Of a stretch of 64,000 nucleotides of DNA, positions 1-10,516 are shown piece by piece. The stretch spans positions 32,001 to 96,000 of the IMG/VR virus record IMGVR_UViG_3300033074_000711; one strand, written 5' to 3'. The position numbers were made by a program, and so were the translations under genes. Position 1 is the first letter of the stretch; every line of letters begins with the position of its first letter. The DNA comes from a virus (lineage: Duplodnaviria; Caudoviricetes). The notes beneath the pieces were generated by a model. That model saw nothing but the letters and a program-made list of their open reading frames with translations. It was not told where the DNA came from and did no database searches.

Positions 1-181
1 TTTTTGATAAAAATTTAGTTACATCCTTTAGTACATTATATGTGCATATTATTTTGTTATTATCATTTTTATCTCCTAATATAAATATTTTTACCATACC
101 ATATGTTTTTTTAATTTCTTCTACTGTGTTTTCTAATTTTTGTGGTGTAGTAAATGTACACAATAAACTCATTTTTTCCAT
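1..181 (-). CDS. Hypothetical phage protein, runs off the window edge (not in ORF track)
   Basis: ATG at 181 preceded by AGGAG; reads MEKMSLLCTFTTPQKLENTVEEIKKTYGMVKIFILG...CTYNV, open to position 1. Confidence 0.75.
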   Translation of the reverse strand, partial: MEKMSLLCTFTTPQKLENTVEEIKKTYGMVKIFILGDKNDNNKIICTYNVLKDVTKFLSK

Positions 182-190
182 TACAGTCTC

Positions 191-1375
191 CTATTCGTAA
201 ATTTCCATGTTATTGTAATTAACTCCCGCTTTTATTTTTATTTTATATTTATTATTTTCGAAAATACTACTAATATGTGTTAATAATTCTTTATCTTCGA
301 AATTAAAATCTATTAAAATTGAATCATAAATATACAAAATTATTTTTGATTTATAATTATTTTTTTCAATTATATCTAATAATTTTTTAATATTTAGTAT
401 AATCATCTCAGATTCATAACTCTGTAAAAAGTAACTAAATATATTTTTTTTATCTGGAACTTGTATAGGTTTATTAGCAAATGGTGATACTAACACTTCA
501 TATTTATTATAATACATTTCTAAATGTTTTTTAAAATCATCTAATTTTTTAAAAAATTCATGTTCTATTTTTAAATTACCATTTATAGCTGTATAACATA
601 ATTTTTTAACTTCTGATATTTCTAACTCGTTATTATATAAAACTTCATTAAAATATTCATACGGATATTTTTCAAAACTATATCCAATAATATCAGCACA
701 CATATACATAACACAAGCATTATAATCAACTGATACTAAAATACCATCATCACCAAATCTGCTACAAATTTTATCTTTTATTGGTGAATTCTTCCGTAAA
801 TTCATAAAATTTATTCTACCTGTAGCACTGACTCTACCAGCGTTATTTAATAAATTATGATTTAAATCATAATAATTACCATCACAAAATATTTTATTTT
901 GTTCAATTTTATTAAAAACATAAACAAAATCATCATTATAAATTTTAAAATTCTCTAAATTTATTTCATATCTATTAAAATAATTTATCATGTTTTTTAA
1001 TAAATCTAAATAATATTCACAATCAGTTATAACAAACGTTTTATTATTAAATTTTTTATTGTTATTAAAAAAATCACGATTATTTGTAAACATCATAAAT
1101 ATATTAATATCTATAACATTTTGACAATCTTTAAAAAATTTAATAAATCTTTTTTTATCTAATGTTATAATTTTTTTATTTTTTAAAAAATCACTAACAT
1201 CATTATATTTTAAATTTAAACAATCAAATGTGTTTATAGGTATGATATAAAAATTTTTAGTATCTATATCCAAAACATAAATACATATAATTTTTTTATC
1301 TATATAAATTGGTATTATTGCTATATTATAACCAATATTAAATAATAACTGTTTATCTTCAATTATTGTAACCAT
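191..1375 (-). CDS. Short, degenerate family A DNA polymerase-like protein
   Basis: GRVS...INFMNL pre-motif; motif A-like LVSVDYNA; motif B-like KKLCYTAING; LQSYESE; motif C-like LYIYDSILID; only 394 aa. Confidence 0.75.
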   Translation of the reverse strand: MVTIIEDKQLLFNIGYNIAIIPIYIDKKIICIYVLDIDTKNFYIIPINTFDCLNLKYNDVSDFLKNKKIITLDKKRFIKFFKDCQNVIDINIFMMFTNNRDFFNNNKKFNNKTFVITDCEYYLDLLKNMINYFNRYEINLENFKIYNDDFVYVFNKIEQNKIFCDGNYYDLNHNLLNNAGRVSATGRINFMNLRKNSPIKDKICSRFGDDGILVSVDYNACVMYMCADIIGYSFEKYPYEYFNEVLYNNELEISEVKKLCYTAINGNLKIEHEFFKKLDDFKKHLEMYYNKYEVLVSPFANKPIQVPDKKNIFSYFLQSYESEMIILNIKKLLDIIEKNNYKSKIILYIYDSILIDFNFEDKELLTHISSIFENNKYKIKIKAGVNYNNMEIYE

Positions 1376-1385
1376 AAAATTTTAT

Positions 1386-1583
1386 TTACTCATTTAAGTC
1401 TAAATTTATATTATTAATATTAAAATCTAAATAATTTTTTCTTTTTTTCACAACATCATTTATTTTATTTTCATCTTCATATAATAATTTATATAAAATT
1501 GTATTACTTTCAATCTCATTAATATCTTCTGGTTGTTCTTTATTTTCTATAACAGTATAATCACTAATTTTATTTAAATCCAT
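1386..1583 (-). CDS. Hypothetical protein
   Basis: 65-aa ORF abutting its neighbours in the operon. Confidence 0.55.
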   Translation of the reverse strand: MDLNKISDYTVIENKEQPEDINEIESNTILYKLLYEDENKINDVVKKRKNYLDFNINNINLDLNE

Positions 1584-1912
1584 TATTTATAAAACTCCAG
1601 TGAATTTATTAATAAATATAAAATTTCTTGTTCAAATTTTAAACTATTTTTGATATTTTTTAAATTTTTTTCACTAACTGTGTTTTTATCACCTGATATG
1701 AACCATTTTATAATAATATTTTTATAATATTGGTTATTTTTAAATTTATTATAATTTTTTTCATTTACTTCAAAAATACCAGAATATTTATCTGATGTAG
1801 ATTTTAAAAAATATCTATTAATATAACCATTTTTATAATCTTCATCTGTCGGTTGTATTTTATCCGATTTACTTATATAATTTTTATTAATATTTTTATT
1901 ATATGTAAACAT
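1583..1912 (-). CDS. Hypothetical protein, baseplate-associated by position
   Basis: PTDEDYKNGYINRYF...FEV...KW pattern; directly follows the hub gene. Confidence 0.55.
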   Translation of the reverse strand: MFTYNKNINKNYISKSDKIQPTDEDYKNGYINRYFLKSTSDKYSGIFEVNEKNYNKFKNNQYYKNIIIKWFISGDKNTVSEKNLKNIKNSLKFEQEILYLLINSLEFYK

Positions 1913-1914
1913 TA

Positions 1915-4845
1915 TTAAATATCCTTTATTTTTACAAAATCTTTTTTATTTTTATCTAATTTAACTATTTCACAATTATTATACCAAAATCCATCAGTAA
2001 CAACTTCATCCGTGGTATATTGTTTTTTAATATTTAAATAGTCATTAACATTAGATTCATTTAATGAATTATTTAATAGTTTTTGTAATAAATGTAAATT
2101 AAACCCTGGTGTTATTTCAGCTACTTTACCTTGATAAATATCACCATGTCTAACTATACCAGCACCTAGTGATTTCAATCCTGATGTTAAAGATATTAAT
2201 TTACTATCAAACTTATAACCTGTAAATATAACTTTTTTTGGTATATTATATTTATCACACATTTGTTTTATTAAACGATATGTTGCTAAAAATTGAGATT
2301 TTGTAAACATTGGTATGTATGTATGACCATAATATTTATTAGTTGGAAAATATAAAAAATAAGTTCCATCTGGTATTTTATCAAAACTATTTGCTTTAGA
2401 TGCTTGTTCATAATTTTTAGCATATGCACCAGCACCTTCAAACCAACCTATACTAATCATTTCTATACCTATTGTATGTGGATTACCACCCACATATATT
2501 TTTTTACCGTCCACATCTTTATAAGCTCTATTACCACCTCTAGATGAATTATTAGCCCAATACTTATCATCATAAACATTTTTAACAGAACCATTATAAT
2601 CTACTATATATTGTGTTGCAACTGGGCCCTCATCTAAATTTCTTTGCTTAAATGTGTTTATTGCATTATCAACACCATAACCAGCGGTATGATGTAAAAC
2701 TATACTAAATTTTTGTGTTTCTTCTTCATAACACATTTCATTAATGTTTACTTCTGTATTTTTTTTACTAGATTTTATTGAATTATTAAACGGCGATTCA
2801 ACAGTCTCATTAGACGGTGCATTTATTTTAATATTTGTTACTTTTTTATTATAATCAATGCACCTGTATAACACATTTATATTAGTAATCCAATTTGAAT
2901 TATCAATTTCATGCTCTACATATTTTACCTGTAAAACACCATTATTTTTATATTCTCTCGGTAATGCATCTACCAAAAAAACATCACCACTTCTAATTCC
3001 AGAAATACCTAAAATTTTTATATTAAATTCTATTGGTGGTAACACGAAAGTTCTAGAATTTATTAAACCATTTGTGCTACCACTAAATATTTTTCTTTTT
3101 ATTAAATCATCTTCACCAGGATAATAAAGACCAGCATTAAATAATGCTTTAGCTGTTCCATTTAAACTTATTCCAATTTTTTTGTCATTCTTGATTTTTA
3201 TTTTTTCATCATCATAATTTAATTTTGAAAAAAATACATCAAAATATATTTTATTTTTTTCGCTATCAAAAATATCATTAAAATAATTAAAATTATCATT
3301 ATATAAAACGGGATTTAAATCATCTTGGTTTTTATTTTTATTATATAATGTATTTAATGCAACAGCATTTGATGAATTAAATGATACATTAGTATCTAAT
3401 AAAATACTTTCAGAACCCCATTTAAAAGTGTATATATTAGAATCCTTTAAATTACTATTACTAATCATGTTTTCATCAGTAACAACAATTAAATTTGTAT
3501 TATCAATATTTCTTAAACTAAATTTCCAAAAATTAAAAAATGCACCGCTAACTTTATCTAATATACTTAAAATGGCATCTGATAAATTATTTATATTTTT
3601 AAATGCACTTTTAACTAAATTTTCATGTATAAAAATTCTTCTAATAAATCCAGTATTTCCATAATCATCATTTGGTTCTGTTGGATAAAAGTTATTTGGT
3701 ATAAAAAAACCAACAGTATGGTCTGTGCTAATTAATGATGGGGAAGCTGATATTCTAATGCCATAACTATTTATTTCAAAAAATTTTTTTCCATTTGATA
3801 ATAAACCAATATTATCATTTATTATTTTATCTTCAATAAATGACCAAGAATAATAAATATCTCTTGTTGATTTACCTGTAGATTCATTTTTACTCATTCC
3901 AACTTTTATAATATTTTTTTGTTCAGCTCCAGGTAAATCATTTGTAACATCAGTTATCCATACAGAATCTCTTGTTACAATATCTTCTAATTTTGAAGAA
4001 TCTATAAAATTTCTAATAGTTTTAATATACTCATCATTATAGTTATTTTTTGGTTCACCCAACGGTGTAGCTTGATTTGTTAAATTAACACCATAAAATA
4101 ATGAACCAATACTATTAACTGTTACACTTATTTCATACTTACCAACACCAACTATAGAAATATCATATTTTGTTATAATACCTAACATACCATCATAATT
4201 ATAATTTGATAATTTTTTCATTTTATCAAAATATGAATTTTGATTTCTAACAAAGTTTTCATCAACATAATTATTGATTAATATTTTTGATAAAACATTA
4301 GAATTACCAACAATGCTAGGGTCATTAAAACCCCACTCTATAACATTAGTAACACCGTTTGTAACAAAATATGGTGTTATTTTTTGAAATTCTTCTTCAC
4401 TCCAAACACTTATTTTATATGTTGCTTTTTTAGTACCACCATACTTACCATAATATTTTACTTCTAAACCAGTTACACCTGTGTATGGTCTACCGTCATC
4501 TATATATGGATTTCCTTTTTGACCATTTAATGTACCTTCAATAAACATAAATGAATTTGAAATTTCACCAGATTTATTAATTTCTTGTGCACCAGATGTT
4601 ATTCTAACCCATGGTGATTTAATATTTAATCTATCAGAAATTTGACTTCTTTTATTTAATTCTTTTATAACATCATTATCTATATTTTTTATATATGGAA
4701 ATCCAATAAACTTAGCAATTTCATCTTCTTTAGATTTACTATAATCGAATTTATTAGGTCCCGTTGCACTATTTGTATAAGTATTTACAGATATAATGTT
4801 TATACTTGTATTTGGTAATGAAACTAATTCTTTATCTACAGCCAT
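1915..4845 (-). CDS. Baseplate hub-like protein with C-terminal N-acetylmuramoyl-L-alanine amidase (Amidase_2-like) domain
   Basis: Hub-like C-part ILGISGIRSGDVF...VEHEIDNSNWIT; amidase motifs IVLHHTAG, TIGIEM, RHGDI; follows TMP and wedge genes. Confidence 0.7.
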   Translation of the reverse strand: MAVDKELVSLPNTSINIISVNTYTNSATGPNKFDYSKSKEDEIAKFIGFPYIKNIDNDVIKELNKRSQISDRLNIKSPWVRITSGAQEINKSGEISNSFMFIEGTLNGQKGNPYIDDGRPYTGVTGLEVKYYGKYGGTKKATYKISVWSEEEFQKITPYFVTNGVTNVIEWGFNDPSIVGNSNVLSKILINNYVDENFVRNQNSYFDKMKKLSNYNYDGMLGIITKYDISIVGVGKYEISVTVNSIGSLFYGVNLTNQATPLGEPKNNYNDEYIKTIRNFIDSSKLEDIVTRDSVWITDVTNDLPGAEQKNIIKVGMSKNESTGKSTRDIYYSWSFIEDKIINDNIGLLSNGKKFFEINSYGIRISASPSLISTDHTVGFFIPNNFYPTEPNDDYGNTGFIRRIFIHENLVKSAFKNINNLSDAILSILDKVSGAFFNFWKFSLRNIDNTNLIVVTDENMISNSNLKDSNIYTFKWGSESILLDTNVSFNSSNAVALNTLYNKNKNQDDLNPVLYNDNFNYFNDIFDSEKNKIYFDVFFSKLNYDDEKIKIKNDKKIGISLNGTAKALFNAGLYYPGEDDLIKRKIFSGSTNGLINSRTFVLPPIEFNIKILGISGIRSGDVFLVDALPREYKNNGVLQVKYVEHEIDNSNWITNINVLYRCIDYNKKVTNIKINAPSNETVESPFNNSIKSSKKNTEVNINEMCYEEETQKFSIVLHHTAGYGVDNAINTFKQRNLDEGPVATQYIVDYNGSVKNVYDDKYWANNSSRGGNRAYKDVDGKKIYVGGNPHTIGIEMISIGWFEGAGAYAKNYEQASKANSFDKIPDGTYFLYFPTNKYYGHTYIPMFTKSQFLATYRLIKQMCDKYNIPKKVIFTGYKFDSKLISLTSGLKSLGAGIVRHGDIYQGKVAEITPGFNLHLLQKLLNNSLNESNVNDYLNIKKQYTTDEVVTDGFWYNNCEIVKLDKNKKDFVKIKDI

Positions 4846-5147
4846 TAAAAGTTATTCTCACTAATAATATTAGCAATATAATTATTTATACTTTCTAAAG
4901 ATGGTATTCTCAATTGTTTTTCTTCTTTTATATATATAGAATCATAATTATTATTTATTGATGCTATAATCCACCACATTGTTGAATCACCATAATAATT
5001 ATAAGAAACTATGTCTAATCGCATTCCCTTATATGTAATAATATAAGTATCATCTTCACTATTAGGAAAATTTGGTAAAATATTTGTACTAAAATATTTT
5101 TTATTATTTTCATCTATTAATATTTTATTATATTGGTATCTATCCAT
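4845..5147 (-). CDS. Baseplate wedge protein, LysM/gp53-like
   Basis: RLDIVSYNYYGDSTMWWIIASINN...QLRIP signature. Confidence 0.8.
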   Translation of the reverse strand: MDRYQYNKILIDENNKKYFSTNILPNFPNSEDDTYIITYKGMRLDIVSYNYYGDSTMWWIIASINNNYDSIYIKEEKQLRIPSLESINNYIANIISENNF

Positions 5148-7245
5148 TTATCACACTATTCTTAAATTTAACTTCTTGATTTAAATAATTAGGTAAATCA
5201 AAATTATTTTTAGTAATATAATTACTATTAAAATGCTTTGTGTTTGTTATTGCTAATTTATTATTTTCTTCTAATAAAACATCCATTTGTATTGATAATG
5301 TTACTATATGTGGTAATTGCAAACCTGGTTGTATTTCCCACATAGAATTATCATTAATTTTTAAATTAACACTATTAAATTTAACATGAATATTATTTAA
5401 GATATTACCAATGGTTAATTTAACAATAGGTGCAACCATAGTTTTTCCTTGCAAATAATAACTTGGATAACACAATCCATACATATAATTAATTTTTCTC
5501 CATTGTGGTATCAATTCTTTTGGATTTGTTACATAAACTGTAAAATCGAGTGAAATTGACCTACCGTGTCCATCATAAGTATATGATTTATCACCTCTAC
5601 CAACATATGTAACATCACTCCAATTTGCATTAACGGAATCATCTATATTATTTATAGCGGCTCTGAAAACTATAGGTATTTCTTTTTTATTTTGATTTGA
5701 ATTAATATGTACAAATTTAAAATCTATTAAATCTTTTATTTCTTCACCATTATATATTAAATCAGCACTAGCCGAATATTCTGTATTTGCTTGCATATTT
5801 GCATAATCTTCTCCAACATCTAATATATTAAACTTATCTAAATAATCATCATTAAAAAATATATGAGATTGTAATGGGTCTCTAGGTCTATCATAAGAAA
5901 ATCCATACGAATTATATAATGTTTTTTTCACTAATTCGTTTTGTATAACTTCTTCATATTTCTTAGAACCAGATGTGTTTTTATTAAATCTATTATAATA
6001 TTGTAAATTATCAAATAAACCTACTATATTACTCTTCTGTATTTTTATATCATAATCGCTTTTATAATCTTGTTTAGATACATCATCAAAGCTAAACTTT
6101 ATTTTATTATCTTGATTTATTAGCTGGTCACTTGGTAACTTTATTAATGAAATATTTGGTGTATAATTTTGTATTTTCATTTCATTATAAGCTAAATGAT
6201 GTGTTGCTAAATTACCAAAATTAAACAAAGAATCACCATATAAAATTTGAGTATCGTTATTATATTGCATTGAATTTAGCATATCATATCTAACTAACAT
6301 AGTTGTATGTTGCTCATATGAATTTGAATAAATTCTAGCACTCGGGTCATTATTTGTTCCAGTTGATGTAAATCCACTATATTTATTAAAAGTTAATAAT
6401 GAACCTTTATCTATAGAACCAATAACTCCATTTTTATATAATGTTACAAAATTAGTATTTATTGGTTTAGTATTAAATAAATCAACATTAAAATAATTAT
6501 CCCATGTTGGTTTTGTTATATCAAATATCGCCGAACGTTCTGTATATTTTAAACCTTCTTGCGCCATTTGAATAATAGATAACCCATTTAATGAATCTTC
6601 AACTAAACCAGAACTTAATTTTAATAATGTTTTACTGGGATTTCTACCAGACAATAAATCACCAGGTAAATTTCTAACAACATTATCAAAACTGGTTTTT
6701 AATGAATTTTTTATTATAGTATCTTTATAATCAGAACTTATTCTTAATTCTGGATACGGGCTATATAAAAATGTTAAATAATCAGACGGAACTAATTGAT
6801 TTATTATTAAACCTTCTTTAATACCATTATAAGAATCGTTAGTTAAACTATTTATTTGTGATGATATTGTTGGATTATTTGTAAAAGCTGTTGTTAATGT
6901 TTTGGTAAAACCACCAACATTTGTTAAACTGCCTATAGATTTATCAGCAAATGTTGATAGTGTTATATTACCAGTTAATAAACCACCAATATCACTTATA
7001 CCATTAGATAAAGAAAAATTTTGATTATATATTTTAACAAGATTATTCTGTTCTGGTATTTTATCATCTATATAAAAACTTCTATTTTCTGTTATATTTT
7101 TATTGTAAATTTCATTTAAATTTATAATATTTGGTGTATTTAAAATATTATAATTATCACGATAATAAATCTCTAAAGAAAAATTAGTTTCATTTTTAAC
7201 ACTTTTATTAACACCACTATTAAACAAATCTAATAATTTTGACAT
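5140..7245 (-). CDS. Baseplate / tail-tube initiator-like protein
   Basis: C-terminal FRAAINNIDDSVNANW...YVGRG...YTY...RSISLDF...PIVKLTIG tube-like domain; lies between TMP and wedge genes. Confidence 0.6.
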   Translation of the reverse strand: MSKLLDLFNSGVNKSVKNETNFSLEIYYRDNYNILNTPNIINLNEIYNKNITENRSFYIDDKIPEQNNLVKIYNQNFSLSNGISDIGGLLTGNITLSTFADKSIGSLTNVGGFTKTLTTAFTNNPTISSQINSLTNDSYNGIKEGLIINQLVPSDYLTFLYSPYPELRISSDYKDTIIKNSLKTSFDNVVRNLPGDLLSGRNPSKTLLKLSSGLVEDSLNGLSIIQMAQEGLKYTERSAIFDITKPTWDNYFNVDLFNTKPINTNFVTLYKNGVIGSIDKGSLLTFNKYSGFTSTGTNNDPSARIYSNSYEQHTTMLVRYDMLNSMQYNNDTQILYGDSLFNFGNLATHHLAYNEMKIQNYTPNISLIKLPSDQLINQDNKIKFSFDDVSKQDYKSDYDIKIQKSNIVGLFDNLQYYNRFNKNTSGSKKYEEVIQNELVKKTLYNSYGFSYDRPRDPLQSHIFFNDDYLDKFNILDVGEDYANMQANTEYSASADLIYNGEEIKDLIDFKFVHINSNQNKKEIPIVFRAAINNIDDSVNANWSDVTYVGRGDKSYTYDGHGRSISLDFTVYVTNPKELIPQWRKINYMYGLCYPSYYLQGKTMVAPIVKLTIGNILNNIHVKFNSVNLKINDNSMWEIQPGLQLPHIVTLSIQMDVLLEENNKLAITNTKHFNSNYITKNNFDLPNYLNQEVKFKNSVING

Positions 7246-7254
7246 TTATTATAC

Positions 7255-10038
7255 CTAAGTTTTTCTATTTGATATTGAATTTGTTGCTAATTGTGTATTA
7301 ACTTTTTTATTATCTAAATAAATATTTATATGTTTAATTGCGTCAACAACATTATCTAATTTTTTACTTAACTCGTTAACTAAAGCTTTATTTTGGTTAT
7401 CTTTTATTTCATTTAACTTATCTGTATTTATATTATTTATACCTGTTAAATCAATAGATGGTACTTTACTTATAGTTAACAATGATGTTGCTACACTACC
7501 TAATGCAACTGCTAGTTTTTCAAACTTAGGTGCATTATCAGCTAATTCTATTAAATCACTAAATGGATTTCCAGACACTATACTAAAAATAGAATTTGCA
7601 CCATTAAATATAGAAAGTGCTGTTAATGCTGTTGTTAATCCTATAACACTATTTGTTGCTGAAGCTATTCCAGATGATTTATCTGCTAAACCTATCATAC
7701 TCTTTGAAATTAAACTTAAAGCAAAAGCAAAAATCATTAATACACCACCAATACCAGCTAACAATAAAAATGCTGGTACAATAACAGCACTAAATGTTGT
7801 TGCTACTTGACCTAATACAATTAATGCTGGAATAAATATTAATAAAGCTGTTGCAACACCTGATAAACCTATCATCATAGATTCAAAATCTATACCATTA
7901 AATTGTTTTAATCCGTATGCAAAAACAACTAATGCACCACCCAAAATTAATATTGCTGTAGCGCCCTTTATTAAAGAAACTGGATTTATTTTACTAAATG
8001 ATGACATAGCACTACCAATCCCAGAACTTATTGTTTTAGCTGTTCCACCTAATGCACCAGCGGCTCCAGCGGCCGCACCTCCTGCACCAAATAACGAAAA
8101 ACCAGACATTATACCTTTTAATAACATTACACCTTTAAATAATTTATATAATGTAAAGCCAGCTAATGTTAATCCAACAACCCATGATAATATATCAGTA
8201 TTTATATTACTTATTAAATTTGCTATAAATTCTAATGTTGGTGCTAATACATTTAAAATTGGTGTTAAAATTTGAGCCAAAGAACCTAAAATATTTTTAA
8301 AAGATTGTTCAACTGATTGTGTAGATACTGCATATTTTTTTTGATTTATTAATGAATCCACTGTTTCATTATTTATATTTGATAATTGTTTTGAAATTTT
8401 ATCAAATTCTTGTCTTTGACCAACAGTCATTTTTGATATAATTTCCTGTTGCTTATACATTTTTAATAATTCATCTATAGATAAACCAATAGCATCTGCA
8501 ATAGCTTCTTGCTGTATTGAATTTAAATTATTAAATGTTTCAAGTGAACCTATTTGGTTAATTATGTCTTTTACACCACCTTCAACATTTTTATTAAATA
8601 TTTTATATCTTGCTGTATTAAAATCAATTTGCTTACCTAATAATGCTGTTAAATTCATTTCATTTTCTATTGAACTTTCCCAATCCATTATTTTATTTAC
8701 AATTTTAGAAACATCAGATAATGATAAACCTAATTTTCTAGCTTCTATAACAGTTTTAGTTATATTTTTTAAATTATTACCCATGTATTTTGATATTAAC
8801 TCTGAATTTTCATTTATTTCTTTAAATAATTCATTTGGTGCTATACCCATTATTTCAGAGAAATCTACTAAAATTGAAGCTGAATTTTTAGCAATTTTAT
8901 CTGTGTTTTGTTTAGATAATAAAGTCATTGATAAAAATTGACCAGCATTTTCTATATTTAATTTATTTAACAATGCTGTTGTTTTTAATAAATCTTTATT
9001 TAATACATTTATAGTTGAATATCCTTCATAAATACTTTCTATCGATTTTGATAATTCTTTTACACCTATATTATATTCACGCATTGAATTAGCATTATTA
9101 ATTAATATTTTATTTATAGAACTCATTGATTTATTAGTTAAATTAGTATTATCTTGTATTGATAATGTTTCCTCATCTATTTTACTTAATTGATTATATG
9201 CTAAAGCTAATGTTCCAACAATTAAGCTCATGCTTATTATAGCTGGATTAAAAATGATACTAAAAATTGGTTTTAATGATTTAGCTAAAATCATAAAACC
9301 ATTTTTAATAGCATCTATTGAAATATTTACTTTTCCATTTGTTATTGTTATAGCACTGTCTAAAATTTGTGTTAAATCTGTTTTTAATTTATTTTTAACA
9401 TGTTGTATATTAGGAAACAATTTACTAAATAAGTCAAATAACGGTATTTTTTCAATATATGAAAAAACAGAATCAAATATATTTAAATATTCTTTTATTA
9501 TTTTATTTTTTTGTTCTTTTATAGTTATTGCATTTACTATAGAATCTTGAACAATTTTCATAGTATCTGTTAAGGAATTTAAGTTATTTTCCAAATCACT
9601 TAAAATATTTTTAGCGGCACTAGATAATTTAGTTTTATCAATAGCATTTAAAGATGACATTGTACTTAATATCATCGTTTTATAATTATCTGTTATTTTA
9701 TCTAATTCCGCTGATGCGTTTACCGAATTTAATCTTGATGCTGATTCTGATAATTTTTCTGCAATATCTTCTATATTTAAATCACCTAATATATCTGGTA
9801 TAGACGTTAATGATTCAATTGTTTTATTTAATTGAGATTTAGTTGATTTACTATTTCTACTTTTATTTATTGTTTTGTTTATATCAAAAACAACAGAATC
9901 AAGTGATTTATCTATATTGGTTAATATTTGGTCAGTAAACCCTATTAATTTTTTACTAAGCGATTGTATTGAATTTTCAAATTGCCTGTCTCTTGAATAT
10001 CCATAATCACTATCATCATCAAAATCATGTCTAGGCAT
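7255..10038 (-). CDS. Tape measure protein
   Basis: 927 aa, helical, Ala/Gly-rich hydrophobic C-terminal half; downstream of tube and chaperone genes. Confidence 0.85.
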   Translation of the reverse strand: MPRHDFDDDSDYGYSRDRQFENSIQSLSKKLIGFTDQILTNIDKSLDSVVFDINKTINKSRNSKSTKSQLNKTIESLTSIPDILGDLNIEDIAEKLSESASRLNSVNASAELDKITDNYKTMILSTMSSLNAIDKTKLSSAAKNILSDLENNLNSLTDTMKIVQDSIVNAITIKEQKNKIIKEYLNIFDSVFSYIEKIPLFDLFSKLFPNIQHVKNKLKTDLTQILDSAITITNGKVNISIDAIKNGFMILAKSLKPIFSIIFNPAIISMSLIVGTLALAYNQLSKIDEETLSIQDNTNLTNKSMSSINKILINNANSMREYNIGVKELSKSIESIYEGYSTINVLNKDLLKTTALLNKLNIENAGQFLSMTLLSKQNTDKIAKNSASILVDFSEIMGIAPNELFKEINENSELISKYMGNNLKNITKTVIEARKLGLSLSDVSKIVNKIMDWESSIENEMNLTALLGKQIDFNTARYKIFNKNVEGGVKDIINQIGSLETFNNLNSIQQEAIADAIGLSIDELLKMYKQQEIISKMTVGQRQEFDKISKQLSNINNETVDSLINQKKYAVSTQSVEQSFKNILGSLAQILTPILNVLAPTLEFIANLISNINTDILSWVVGLTLAGFTLYKLFKGVMLLKGIMSGFSLFGAGGAAAGAAGALGGTAKTISSGIGSAMSSFSKINPVSLIKGATAILILGGALVVFAYGLKQFNGIDFESMMIGLSGVATALLIFIPALIVLGQVATTFSAVIVPAFLLLAGIGGVLMIFAFALSLISKSMIGLADKSSGIASATNSVIGLTTALTALSIFNGANSIFSIVSGNPFSDLIELADNAPKFEKLAVALGSVATSLLTISKVPSIDLTGINNINTDKLNEIKDNQNKALVNELSKKLDNVVDAIKHINIYLDNKKVNTQLATNSISNRKT

Positions 10039-10041
10039 ATA

Positions 10042-10272
10042 TTACACATTAAAAAATGTTTTTAAAAAATCTTCATGGTCAATATCTATTTTACTTAAAT
10101 GTTTTTTATATAATTCTAAATCAGCATCTAACCTTTGTTGAACTTTTTCTAAATCAGGATTATTTTTTAAAGCATTTTGTAGTTTATTAGATTTACCAGT
10201 TAATGTTAAATAAATAATTTTTTCAAGTATTTTATCTATAAATCCTTCTTTTAATAATGGTTCTAATTTCAT
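10042..10272 (-). CDS. Small hypothetical protein (likely start 10272 rather than 10332)
   Basis: AAGGTG SD before ATG at 10272; promoter motif at 10291-10300; begins MKLEPLLKEG. Confidence 0.6.
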   Translation of the reverse strand: MKLEPLLKEGFIDKILEKIIYLTLTGKSNKLQNALKNNPDLEKVQQRLDADLELYKKHLSKIDIDHEDFLKTFFNV

Positions 10273-10290
10273 AATACACCTTTTATTTTT

Positions 10291-10300
10291 TATAAATATA
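10291..10300 (-). promoter_or_regulatory. Putative late promoter TATATTTATA
   Basis: Recurrent sense-strand motif upstream of structural genes. Confidence 0.6.
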
Positions 10301-10302
10301 AA

Positions 10303-10334
10303 AAATGCCAAAAACTTATTTAGTTTTGGCATTT
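10303..10334 (-). terminator. Intrinsic terminator-like hairpin after the gp26/gp51-like unit
   Basis: AAATGCCAAAA-N10-TTTTGGCATTT inverted repeat with T-run on the minus strand. Confidence 0.6.
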
Positions 10335-10516
10335 ATTTCATCTAATTCTTTTTTCTCACTTTTTTTAACATCCTGTAACTTTTTAATAAAATGTTTTCTC
10401 AATATTGTCGGCATTTGATAAACTACATCAAAAGTAAAACCACCATTACTATAATATGATAATGAAAAAATTTCATTATACAAATCTAATCTATAATCAC
10501 TTGGAAGGCCAAAAAA
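10316..10516 (-). CDS. gp51-like baseplate/tail assembly chaperone extension; no ATG/GTG at its 5' end, probable frameshift product of the gp26-like gene
   Basis: Frame FFGLPSDYRLDLYNEIFSLSYYSNGGFTFDVVYQMPTILRKHFIKKLQ...TK* overlaps the gp26 end at the T7 run 10511-10517; in-frame TGA at 10535-10537. Confidence 0.7.
   Translation of the reverse strand, partial: FFGLPSDYRLDLYNEIFSLSYYSNGGFTFDVVYQMPTILRKHFIKKLQDVKKSEKKELDEINAKTK

Noticed and set aside
10273-10332. N-terminal extension of ORF 10042-10332 in the track
   Set aside because: It spans a terminator and promoter; the SD supports ATG 10272
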